Assembly (NCBI GenBank): GCA_041660325.1
Contig: JBAZWR010000001.1
Coordinates: forward strand, 702-64,701
DNA length: 64,000 nucleotides
Source of the DNA: Thermodesulfovibrionales bacterium
GTDB lineage: Bacteria; Nitrospirota; Thermodesulfovibrionia; Thermodesulfovibrionales; SM23-35
Direction of reading: 5' to 3'
The notes beneath the pieces were generated by a model. The model worked only from the letters and a program-made list of their open reading frames with translations. It did not search any database and had not been told where the DNA came from. This document shows positions 8,246-16,385 of the stretch, one piece after another. Numbering within the stretch: position 1 is the stretch's first letter; every line of letters starts with the position of its first letter. Made by a program: the position numbers and the translations under genes.

Positions 8246-8266
8246 ATAATTCTCTCATAGAGTAAC

Positions 8267-8308
8267 AAAAAAGGGCGGGCTAAAGATCCCGCCCTTTTTT
8301 GTTTGTTT
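8267..8308 (+). terminator. Rho-independent (bidirectional-looking) terminator after the cytochrome gene
   Basis: The sequence is AAAAAA GGGCGGG ctaaagat CCCGCCC TTTTTTGTTTGTTT. Confidence 0.85.
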
Positions 8309-8542
8309 AATCCAGCAATCTCCGATTCTAAATCTGTAAGTGACAAATTTGGGGTCGGTTAACTTTAGTGAATAATTAATGGGTCAAAGGTTCTTCTACG
8401 CAGTACACCTGCAAGCATGAATAGTTGCATGTGATAAATAATAATTATTTCTATTTGTACTATGTGGTTGTGAGTTAGAAGCTATTTTTCGGCAAGCGAA
8501 AAGAGTGTTTGCGACATCTTTGAAACAAAAAAGTAATTTCTT

Positions 8543-8571
8543 TTGACAAAATTGTCTAAAAATGATATAAA
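8543..8571 (+). promoter_or_regulatory. Sigma70-like promoter plus palindromic operator candidate for the MerR-rSAM operon; leaderless geometry
   Basis: TTGACA (8543-8548) is followed by a 17-nt spacer and TATAAA (8566-8571). The ATG at 8578 lies 6 nt after the -10 element. The palindrome GACAAaaTTGTC (8545-8556) overlaps the -35 element. Confidence 0.45.
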
Positions 8572-8577
8572 TTTAGT

Positions 8578-9021
8578 ATGAATTTTTTCTTTACCGCTCG
8601 ACATATTGAGTCGATTTTCGGCATCAATAGGAAAATACTTTTCTATTGGAAAAAGATCGGACTCATTACTCCATCTGAGCTGACAAATGGAGGCCATGCG
8701 CGCTACACTTTTTCTGATTTAGTCGCGATCAAGACAATAAATGCATTGCGAGACGCAGGTATTAGCACAAACCAGATCAAGAAAAATGTAGTGGCGTTAA
8801 GAAAAGAGTTTCCAAATGCTCAAAACGTGTTGGCGGAAAAATCATTATATGTGGTTGGTAAAGAAATTATCGTGGCTGATTCCATCGCTGGGTTTAATCC
8901 CATTTCAAAGCAATGTACTTTCATAAACAATAATGATATGAAGGCTTGGGTTATCGATATGACAGTGAAGCAATTCTCGATACCAATTAAAGAAGAAAAA
9001 AGAAAAACAGGAACGGGGTAA
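8578..9021 (+). CDS. MerR-family HTH protein with an uncharacterised ~70-aa C-terminal domain
   Basis: The N-terminal wHTH FTARHIESIFGINRKILFYWKKIGLITPS...GHARYTFSDLVAIKTINALRDAGIS is MerR-like. The stop overlaps the next gene's start (TAATG). Confidence 0.7.
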   Translation: MNFFFTARHIESIFGINRKILFYWKKIGLITPSELTNGGHARYTFSDLVAIKTINALRDAGISTNQIKKNVVALRKEFPNAQNVLAEKSLYVVGKEIIVADSIAGFNPISKQCTFINNNDMKAWVIDMTVKQFSIPIKEEKRKTGTG

Positions 9022-10106
9022 TGTTCACTTTAGAAGAATTATGCATTGAGATTACAGGTAAATGTCTTATGCATTGTCGGCATTGTTCGTCCTCTTGCAC
9101 TGAGTCCAATTTATCTTCACTCTCCTATGACTGCATCTTAAGAATTTTCGATGAAGCTCGCCTGCTTGGTACTAAGACGATAGAAATATCAGGTGGCGAA
9201 CCATTATTGCATCCTCGAATTCTGGATATCATAAGAGAAGCAAAGAAGTATTTCGAGGTCCGACTTTATACTTCAGGCTTCCTCGGGGATTGCGAAGGTA
9301 TTCCCACACTATTAATATCTTCTATGGCCTCTCTGGGCCTTGATCGAATAATTTTCAATCTTCAAGGAGCATCTGCTGAAATTCACGAGCAAATTACGAT
9401 GACACCGGGCAGCTTCGAATGTGTGATTGCAAGCATAAGGCAGGCAAAAGCCGCGGGACTATGGACAGGCGTGCATTTCGTTCCGATGCTTCCCAATGTC
9501 AAAGAGATTGGAGCGCTCGCTGAACTTTGTAGGGCATTCCGTGTCGATGAGCTTGCCATTCTTAGATTCGTCAATCAGGGTAGGGGCTCTATTAACAGCG
9601 GCGAGCTTGAACTTGCAAATGGCGATTTCCAGGCTCTAGTAATGGATATCGTTCGAGAGAAGAGAATGAGTGATAGCTTGTACTTAAGAACTGGCTGTCC
9701 GATGAACTTTTGCTCATTTGTTGACAGCGATATTAGACCAGTTAAGTGCAAGGCTGGGTTGTCAACACTGCTTATCAATTTTGATGGTAGAGTTGTGCCC
9801 TGCCCTGCGTTTAAACAAGAACAGGCATTTACGATAGGAAATATTACGCAATCTTCCCTCACCGATCTTTGGCATCACAGCGATCGATTGCGACAACTAA
9901 GAACTTTCGATTTTCGCAGAATTCGTGTATGCAATGAATGCAATAGACTTGATGTTTGTCAGGGGCGTTGTATGGCACAAAGATTTTATGCAACCGGCTC
10001 TATTTATGAAGGCCCTGATCCATTGTGTCCTTATAAACAAGACAAATCATTGTCGAAGAAAAAGGAAATAGGTTCTTCAGTGCTGGAATTTAGTGGGAGA
10101 AAGTAA
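9021..10106 (+). CDS. Radical SAM enzyme with a complete C-terminal SPASM domain
   Basis: A CX3CX2C motif (GKCLMHCRHC) lies at residues 15-22, with SGGEPLL after it. The SPASM signature is exact: C-x12-G-x4-C (CKAGLSTLLINFDGRVVPC), then CX2CX5CX3C (CNECNRLDVCQGRC), then a final Cys (PDPLCPY). Confidence 0.9.
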   Translation: MFTLEELCIEITGKCLMHCRHCSSSCTESNLSSLSYDCILRIFDEARLLGTKTIEISGGEPLLHPRILDIIREAKKYFEVRLYTSGFLGDCEGIPTLLISSMASLGLDRIIFNLQGASAEIHEQITMTPGSFECVIASIRQAKAAGLWTGVHFVPMLPNVKEIGALAELCRAFRVDELAILRFVNQGRGSINSGELELANGDFQALVMDIVREKRMSDSLYLRTGCPMNFCSFVDSDIRPVKCKAGLSTLLINFDGRVVPCPAFKQEQAFTIGNITQSSLTDLWHHSDRLRQLRTFDFRRIRVCNECNRLDVCQGRCMAQRFYATGSIYEGPDPLCPYKQDKSLSKKKEIGSSVLEFSGRK

Positions 10107-10209
10107 GATTCCTTGGCTGGTTGAACACGGCCCCCTTTTTGACTTGCAATACATGACTGAAATTTCCATCTTCAATGGGTTTGTCAATTGTATTTAAAAA
10201 GAGAAATCC

Positions 10210-11745
10210 ATGATTAAGTGCCCAATTGAGTTTGATGATTTAAAACTGCTCAAATTCCTGACAGAAGGCTTTGATGACGCCTCTTTTTTGTCCGGAGAAA
10301 CTCAAAAATATGTGTTAAACATAAAACAAACACTCGGGAAAAGATCTCAAAAGACTTTAAAAAAAAATGGCTTTAAATCTATATTTAACCCATCACGAAA
10401 AGACAGCATTGATGTCCTAGACTTTTGGGAAAGACTAATAATCGATGCAATAAAGTATCTTAAATGGCATGATTCTAAAGAATTTACGAAGCCAGATGAA
10501 ATTGGAGATAAAAAAAATGCGTATGATAAAATCAGCGAGGGCTCTTTAGGCGTATATAATTTAAAAGATTACTTTAAGGCTTTTATTGAATTTGAGCGCT
10601 TACTGTATGGCGCCGAGCAATTCTATCGCGATCATGTATATCATATTTTGAAAGTCTGGCTTATCGGCCAATATATCATAAAGAATATTATGGATTGCGA
10701 TTTTCCTGTCTCGATAGTTGAGGATGATGAAAAACTTGCCTCCAATAAGTTCCCTTGCTCAGCGAAGAATGACGGCACTCTTTATGCTGGTGAGGAAGAT
10801 GCTATCTGGTGTTTGATAGCGTTGACACACGATTTGGGGTATCCACTTAGCAAAGTGGAGAACATAAATACGAGCCTGAGAAAAATGATGCAATATTATG
10901 CTAAAACTGGGCTGGAAGAATTTTCCTTTTCTTTCCCTCAGCAGAATCAGTTCATTAATGACGCAATATTGAAATACATTAGTTCCAGGATTGAGTGTAT
11001 ACCTCGTAAAAATGATTTGGGGAATCACTACGATACTCATATTCAAGCAAAGTTCTACCTCAAGTTTTCTCGATCTTTCGAGCTTTTCAAACACGGTCTT
11101 ATCAGTTGCATAGTTTTGGTAAAGAATCTAATATATTTTCTAGAAACGAATTTTGATCATAATCCTTCAACTAATCTAGGCGACGCAGAAGACGCTCGGC
11201 AATTTGTAATTCGTAGGGAGATTTTGAGAGCAATTGCGTCACATACATGCGAAGAAATTTATCATTTTGAACCTAATTCTTTCTCGTTTATTTTGTTGCT
11301 TGCAGACGAAATACAAACATGGGGAAGACCGACCTTTGAGGATATGGCACTCGGTACTGATAAGCAGTATACTGTGACGCTGAATGAATTCAGCTATAAT
11401 CGAGTCTCATTTACCATGAAATGCAATAAAAAGCGCGGTGAGAAGCCTATCTCTTTGCTTGGGCTTTTCAAAGAAAAAGCGGAATTGTTTAAGAAAATAT
11501 TAAGAGTCGCAGTCGATACATCTCAACGACAATTTACTTTTGATTTTTCCATAATTGACGAATTAGATGAAAAATATGAATTCATTGCGAGGCCGCGCGA
11601 TCGAGCAGAAATGAGAATTAATGGCTCTGAAATTGAACACAGGGATTTGCAAAAGTTAGTGGAGATTCATAAGAAGAATATCTTCGACTTCAAGAAAACC
11701 ACAACAAAATATATCACAAAGTTTAAACTTAAGAAGCGCTCCTGA
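10210..11745 (+). CDS. HD-domain phosphohydrolase-like protein (511 aa) with unassigned N- and C-terminal regions
   Basis: The metal-ligand pattern H...HD...H...D is present: RDHVYHILKV, ALTHDLGYPLS (HD at 10828-10833), FKHGLIS and LLLADEIQTWGR. The HDLGYP context loosely recalls dNTP triphosphohydrolases (HD[IL]G[HN]PPFGH). Confidence 0.6.
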   Translation: MIKCPIEFDDLKLLKFLTEGFDDASFLSGETQKYVLNIKQTLGKRSQKTLKKNGFKSIFNPSRKDSIDVLDFWERLIIDAIKYLKWHDSKEFTKPDEIGDKKNAYDKISEGSLGVYNLKDYFKAFIEFERLLYGAEQFYRDHVYHILKVWLIGQYIIKNIMDCDFPVSIVEDDEKLASNKFPCSAKNDGTLYAGEEDAIWCLIALTHDLGYPLSKVENINTSLRKMMQYYAKTGLEEFSFSFPQQNQFINDAILKYISSRIECIPRKNDLGNHYDTHIQAKFYLKFSRSFELFKHGLISCIVLVKNLIYFLETNFDHNPSTNLGDAEDARQFVIRREILRAIASHTCEEIYHFEPNSFSFILLLADEIQTWGRPTFEDMALGTDKQYTVTLNEFSYNRVSFTMKCNKKRGEKPISLLGLFKEKAELFKKILRVAVDTSQRQFTFDFSIIDELDEKYEFIARPRDRAEMRINGSEIEHRDLQKLVEIHKKNIFDFKKTTTKYITKFKLKKRS

Positions 11746-11816
11746 CAAATGATCATGAAAGAATTTTCTGACATCTCACTTGTGAGCTGTCTCTACTCGC
11801 ATATCGTACCGCGTAG

Positions 11817-12890
11817 TTATTTCATAATGAATTCGTTTATCCCCCATTTCGGCGGATACCAGTAATCTATTGGTTGTGGATTCATGCGATATTTCTGCTT
11901 AATACGCATTCGCCTTGAAAGTCCTTTAAACTGTGGATGTTTTATTCGAGCGTATTTGTCGACTTCACAAAACAGGTTTTGACAGTCTATCAGATGTAAA
12001 GGACGTCCCCAAAGTGTTTGGAACTTAATCCCTAATCGAGAGCACTCTTCTTCTTGACGATCAACCATGCATTTGATTAAATCAATCTCTGATAGGCCCC
12101 CATAGTCTGAAAAGCATTTACGAATGCCGTCCTTCGCACCTGGACCAGGCATAACAAATGAGTTTTCACTATAGTCAATTAATTCACTGTAATTAATATC
12201 AATAGCGTATTGATAAGCGAGAAAATCTCCGATCATTGGGTATCCTCTCAATAATTCAAATACATGTTGCATTGATTTTGCGTTGCAGATATGATTCGGC
12301 AAGTTGTCATGCATCATTTTTTCAATTAGCTTTAAATGATTGCGATGTTTATATTTATGTCCAAAACTTCCGGAGCCAGAAGGCATGATGTAAGCAGCTG
12401 AATAAATGCTACGCCGTTCTTCCAATGCCTTAGTTAAAATCCGGTCATAGTGAATAAAGTCGTATTCTTTATAAGATATTTCCCCAATTTTTTCTCTAAG
12501 CATTTTCCATGTTTCGATTTTGTTAAATGTCTTAAATAAAATAATCCGAAAAAAAACCTCATTAGGACTTTGATCGCCTTCATAAATTACATGTCGAATT
12601 AGATATTGGCTTACTCGATCGGAAGCCCTATAAGCATTTGTAAACTTATAGGTTTGCAGAATGGCATCTTCGGTTAAGCATCCATCATTTCTGTAAAGCC
12701 TATTGAAGAAAATAGACTGTCGTTCGGTTGCAAATTTCCAATATGTATCAAATACTGGGGTTATTTTAGTAGGCAACCACCGGTCATACAAATTTTTTGC
12801 TTTTCCAACTGGGTAAATAGAAGCAGCTTCTCTTCCACCATCAAGCCCTTCGTCGAACAAATTCATAACTATGTCATTGTATTTTTTCAT
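11817..12890 (-). CDS. Homologue of the 'DNA base hypermodification' family (5-hmdU DNA kinase helical domain / aGPT-pyrophosphorylase-like); assigned from memory
   Basis: The block FDTYWKFATERQSIFFNRL...YKFTNAYRASDRVSQYLIRHVIY matches my recollection of proteins annotated as nucleotide kinase domain / putative DNA base hypermodification protein. No P-loop is visible in this ORF. Confidence 0.45.
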   Translation of the reverse strand: MKKYNDIVMNLFDEGLDGGREAASIYPVGKAKNLYDRWLPTKITPVFDTYWKFATERQSIFFNRLYRNDGCLTEDAILQTYKFTNAYRASDRVSQYLIRHVIYEGDQSPNEVFFRIILFKTFNKIETWKMLREKIGEISYKEYDFIHYDRILTKALEERRSIYSAAYIMPSGSGSFGHKYKHRNHLKLIEKMMHDNLPNHICNAKSMQHVFELLRGYPMIGDFLAYQYAIDINYSELIDYSENSFVMPGPGAKDGIRKCFSDYGGLSEIDLIKCMVDRQEEECSRLGIKFQTLWGRPLHLIDCQNLFCEVDKYARIKHPQFKGLSRRMRIKQKYRMNPQPIDYWYPPKWGINEFIMK

Positions 12891-13192
12891 CGCACTCTAT
12901 CATTATTGGAACGTATAAAAGGGGGTACATCCCAATGGTCATATTATAACAGCAGATAATATGGAAGGTATCCCTACTTTCCCTCCAGATGTCTAAATTA
13001 ATAATATTCGATCTTGACTTTGGCATGATAGCAAGAGCTAAAATAGCTCATATTGTTGGGGAAACCCAGATGGGGCATTGCATATCGACCTGAAAAACTT
13101 CGATCTGGCAAATATATCAAATCAAGCAGTTGTGAGGATCTCGATCTTATAATGGCGAGGCAGGCATGGCCAGAGTATAGCGAGGGGATAAA

Positions 13193-13684
13193 ATGAGTGA
13201 CAATAAGACGAAGAACGTTTTCATCAGTCACCACCACAAAGATGATGTCCATGTGGACAAGTTGACAGACTTGCTTGGGAAGAAAGGATTTGAAATAAGG
13301 AATAGTTCCATCCGAGCAAAACCCGCAAACCAGAAGCGTTTAGATAAGGGACTTGTCAAGGATGCAACAATTAAACGTCTGCTCAGAATGAAAATATCTT
13401 GGGCAGGATCGGTTATAGTCCTTATTGGTAAGGAGACCTATTCACGCCCGTGGGTAAACTGGGAAATTGAGCAAGCGCATAGTCAGGGAAAGAAAATCAT
13501 AGGTGTTTACGAGAATGGACTAAAAGACAAAGTTGATCTTCCCCAATCTCTTGAGAAGTATAGCACATCAATTGTTGGCTGGGATTCCGGGGCAATTATG
13601 GCTGCCATTGAAGGCGAACCAATCTTTCAAAACCCTGACGGAACACCTTCACCCCGGAAAGATGGTTCTCATGCTGTATGTTAG
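13193..13684 (+). CDS. ThsB-like TIR-like domain protein (DUF1863/MTH538-type TIR)
   Basis: NVFISHHHKDD and SVIVLIGKETYSRPWVNWEIEQAHSQGKKIIGVYENG align closely with recalled Bacillus ThsB (RVFFSFHYQD ... SVTCVLIGSQTFNRRWVRYEIMKSIEKGNKIIGIHIN). The conserved Glu is included. Confidence 0.75.
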   Translation: MSDNKTKNVFISHHHKDDVHVDKLTDLLGKKGFEIRNSSIRAKPANQKRLDKGLVKDATIKRLLRMKISWAGSVIVLIGKETYSRPWVNWEIEQAHSQGKKIIGVYENGLKDKVDLPQSLEKYSTSIVGWDSGAIMAAIEGEPIFQNPDGTPSPRKDGSHAVC

Positions 13685-14337
13685 ACGAATCCAGAAAATA
13701 CCTCTACATCTATGTTGTCGCTCGAGATTTCGGTTTTGCACCAAACCCTTTTCATGGATACTGCACGTTGGCGACATGTAAACCAGGGATCAGAAAAGTT
13801 GCTCAAATTGGAGACTGGGTGATGGGCGTTGGTGGGGCGCGTTTACATGCGACGGGACGGTGTATATATTTGATGAATGTGTCAGAGATTCTCACTTTTG
13901 ATACATATTGGTCTGATAGCAGGTTTCGAGTTAAAAAACCCGTCCGTAATGGAAGTCCTGTGATGATGGTTGGGGACAACATATACCACAAGAACGTCAT
14001 AACAGGTAAGTGGGTACAAGAGGATTCGCATCATAGCAACCCAGATGGCTCCACGAACATTACGAACCTTCAGACTGATACAATGTCTGTTAATGTTCTT
14101 GTTTCCAGCCACTTCTATTATTTCGGCAGACAAGCTCCTGTTGTGGACCTCTCAGCTATCAATTATAAGAATGTAAGGAACTATGGTAAGAGGTTGATAG
14201 AAGAGGCCAATGTGGTTGCCTTTGTCAATAATATAGAAGACACTTATCGGAGAAAAAGGAACATTGTTATTGCTGACCCTTTTGATTTTGGGCAGGCAGC
14301 AAAGCGAGTCGATCAGGGTTCTGGAAAGATTGAGTGA
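13678..14337 (+). CDS. Nmad2-like protein (nucleotide-modification-associated domain 2 family; from memory), translationally coupled to the TIR gene
   Basis: The N-terminus YLYIYVVARDFGFAPNPFHGYCTLATCKPGIRKVAQIGDWVMG matches the recalled Nmad2 signature (GFAPNPF..CTLA.CKP.IR). Its ATG overlaps the TIR stop by 7 nt. Confidence 0.5.
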   Translation: MLDESRKYLYIYVVARDFGFAPNPFHGYCTLATCKPGIRKVAQIGDWVMGVGGARLHATGRCIYLMNVSEILTFDTYWSDSRFRVKKPVRNGSPVMMVGDNIYHKNVITGKWVQEDSHHSNPDGSTNITNLQTDTMSVNVLVSSHFYYFGRQAPVVDLSAINYKNVRNYGKRLIEEANVVAFVNNIEDTYRRKRNIVIADPFDFGQAAKRVDQGSGKIE

Positions 14338-14393
14338 GTAATACTGAGTGCAGGGCATTGTTCAAGGTTACCGGTTTCTCAACACATTACAAC

Positions 14394-14867
14394 TTAGGCA
14401 TCCTCCATTTCAGTCATATCTTCGACATCCGCCAACTCAGACAACATCCTTGTGTAAGCCCTAAGTTTGTTCTGAAGTTGAAACAGCTCATCTCTAAACT
14501 CAGTACATTTATCTTTATCAATAAAGACTTCCTGTTCACTGAGGCGGTGCCATTTTGCCGTAAAGGGCCTGATAACCTGATTAAGGACTATGATGGCAAT
14601 TTTCGTGAAGTTCTCAGCCTTGCGTCCATGTTCTTTCAGAGTGGTCCTAGTCAACTCAAAGATCTTGTATACGCTTTCAAGCGCAGCCTCTTCTATGCCG
14701 TGCTCTTCCGGTAGTCGTTGTGTCGTAATTCTTGTTAAGAGTTCGACATATAGATCCCATGCTGCATTCTTGTCATAGTCACTTGGTTCCCACTCCATTT
14801 CCAAAATGGGAGTTTTCACCCTGAGGCCGGTCATGCCCCATTTCTCGAAGAGTTCCTTCATTCGCAT
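14394..14867 (-). CDS. Uncharacterised soluble helical protein, overlapping partner of the second TIR gene
   Basis: This is a 157-aa ORF with no TM segments. It has a helical composition and an acidic tail (VEDMTEMEDA). Its ATG overlaps the upstream TIR stop by 10 nt (ATGCGAATGA). Confidence 0.6.
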   Translation of the reverse strand: MRMKELFEKWGMTGLRVKTPILEMEWEPSDYDKNAAWDLYVELLTRITTQRLPEEHGIEEAALESVYKIFELTRTTLKEHGRKAENFTKIAIIVLNQVIRPFTAKWHRLSEQEVFIDKDKCTEFRDELFQLQNKLRAYTRMLSELADVEDMTEMEDA

Positions 14868-15418
14868 TTTCTATCCCCCGTTAGCCATCGTCTTAAAGTG
14901 ATGGCTGTGTTTTCTGTGTGATTCCAAACAATCCATCCATCGTTAGCGGTGACATCCTTAATTTTCCCCCAGACAATGCGTTGGCACAAACCAAGATACT
15001 CTGTCTCGGACCATTTCTGTTCATACGATTTTTCTGCTGTTGGGAACGGGGCGACAGGCCAGTGCCCTTTTTCGCAGTCTGATAGACCCAGCTCCCAAGA
15101 TATCCAGTTACTATCCTTGCTGCTTGTGGTAACAAACAGCAAGGATCTGCTGCAGATTTTGACACTTCCGCGTAAGATGTCCGCTGTTTCTCGATTCGGG
15201 GTATTAGGTAGGCTATCGTCTTCGCTGTCAACGTAGACTCGACCACCATGGTTCTGGAGGATGGAGATAACAGCCGGTAAATGTTCATTATCTTTGGACG
15301 AATGAGAGAGGAACACTTGCTTGCCAGTTAGGGAGCGAGAGGCTTCACTCAAGATAACTGCTTTTTGCAGTTCTCTATTAAAGCGGCTTAAATCATTAAA
15401 AGTGGCAAATTGTGGCAT
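14858..15418 (-). CDS. TIR domain protein
   Basis: The sequence KQVFLSHSSKDNEHLPAVISIL...SLLFVTTSSKDSNWISWELGL shows the TIR hallmarks: an (F/V)FLSH start and W-x-x-W-E-L with the conserved Glu. Confidence 0.75.
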   Translation of the reverse strand: MPQFATFNDLSRFNRELQKAVILSEASRSLTGKQVFLSHSSKDNEHLPAVISILQNHGGRVYVDSEDDSLPNTPNRETADILRGSVKICSRSLLFVTTSSKDSNWISWELGLSDCEKGHWPVAPFPTAEKSYEQKWSETEYLGLCQRIVWGKIKDVTANDGWIVWNHTENTAITLRRWLTGDRKCE

Positions 15419-15883
15419 TTCTCATTCATCACATGTCTGGCCAACTGGTCGTTTTAACCTGCCATTAACTAAATACTGATATCGAAAACGACTGATTCCC
15501 GGCGGTCAGATTGAAAAACGATGGTATCCATGACATGTTCATCAAATAGTTTCCCCTGGTTACTTCCCCACTAAGACAGTAATGTTATACCTTTTCGGTA
15601 AGAGTATCGTCAAGGACGATTGAGAACGTCGCACCGAAAGTCTGAGAAGCGCACCATTTCTTTACTATGTGAAGCCCTTAACTGATACTTAATATGACAT
15701 GTTTGTAACCTCAAATCTAATCTATTACAGTTTATTCCGGTGACTGATGTATTTTTTCCATTTGCCGAGACAAGCGGGTATCTGTTGCTCCTCCGGCAAA
15801 AATAGAGTTTGAAAAGATTTCACAAATTGCGATTGTGGAGAGGAAGGGGTAAAATAGATTATTAAAATTGAAGGAAAAAGCTT

Positions 15884-16089
15884 ATGAGCGCAAAAGGAGC
15901 AACTGCCGAAATATTTCTCACAGCATTTAAGACAATGGCAAAAAAGAACAAGATATATTTCTATTAAAAATATTAAAAGAAAAGAAATTTTGTGAAGACC
16001 TGATAGACATGGCTATAGCTGAAAGCAGGGTAAAGGACAGAAGCAGGTCGTTCAGAGATTTATTAAAAGAACATGGGAGTCAACTATGA
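15884..16089 (+). pseudogene. Frameshifted antitoxin-like remnant, followed by a 6-codon toxin stub
   Basis: The ATG frame gives MSAKGATAEIFLTAFKTMAKKNKIYFY*. A different frame continues KFCEDLIDMAIAESRVKDRSRSFRDLLKEHGSQL*. The break falls in an A-rich run. The overlapping ATGA start gives only MTLNIV* (16086-16106). Confidence 0.45.
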
Positions 16090-16163
16090 CATTAAATATC
16101 GTATAGGCAAGGATTTGGAGGCAGAGGAGGAATAAGTGCTAAAATACAAAAAAGGAGGGCATT

Positions 16164-16385
16164 ATGGGAACGAATAGCAAAGAGCTTTCAGCGAAGATTA
16201 AATCTTTGCCGGACAATGAGAAGATTGAACTGGTAGATTCTATCCTGATGCAGCTCGACAAACCAGACCCTGAAATTGACCGCATTTGGGCTGAAGAAGC
16301 AAGAAACAGATGGAAAGCGTATAAGGCAGGTAAAGTAGAAACGGTTTCTTATGAACAGGTAATGAAAAAACATAGCGCCAGATGA
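16164..16385 (+). CDS. Addiction-module antitoxin component (TIGR02574-like)
   Basis: The sequence LSAKIKSLPDNEKIELVDSILMQLDKPDPEIDRIWAEEARNRWKAYKAGKVETVSYEQV fits this family. An ATGA overlap links it to the downstream toxin frame. Confidence 0.75.
   Translation: MGTNSKELSAKIKSLPDNEKIELVDSILMQLDKPDPEIDRIWAEEARNRWKAYKAGKVETVSYEQVMKKHSAR

Noticed and set aside
12998-13252. An 84-aa minus-strand ORF in the divergent promoter region between the hypermodification-like gene and the ThsB-like gene.
   Set aside because: It overlaps the start of the ThsB-like gene and has an odd composition with no motif. The region is more plausibly a divergent promoter.
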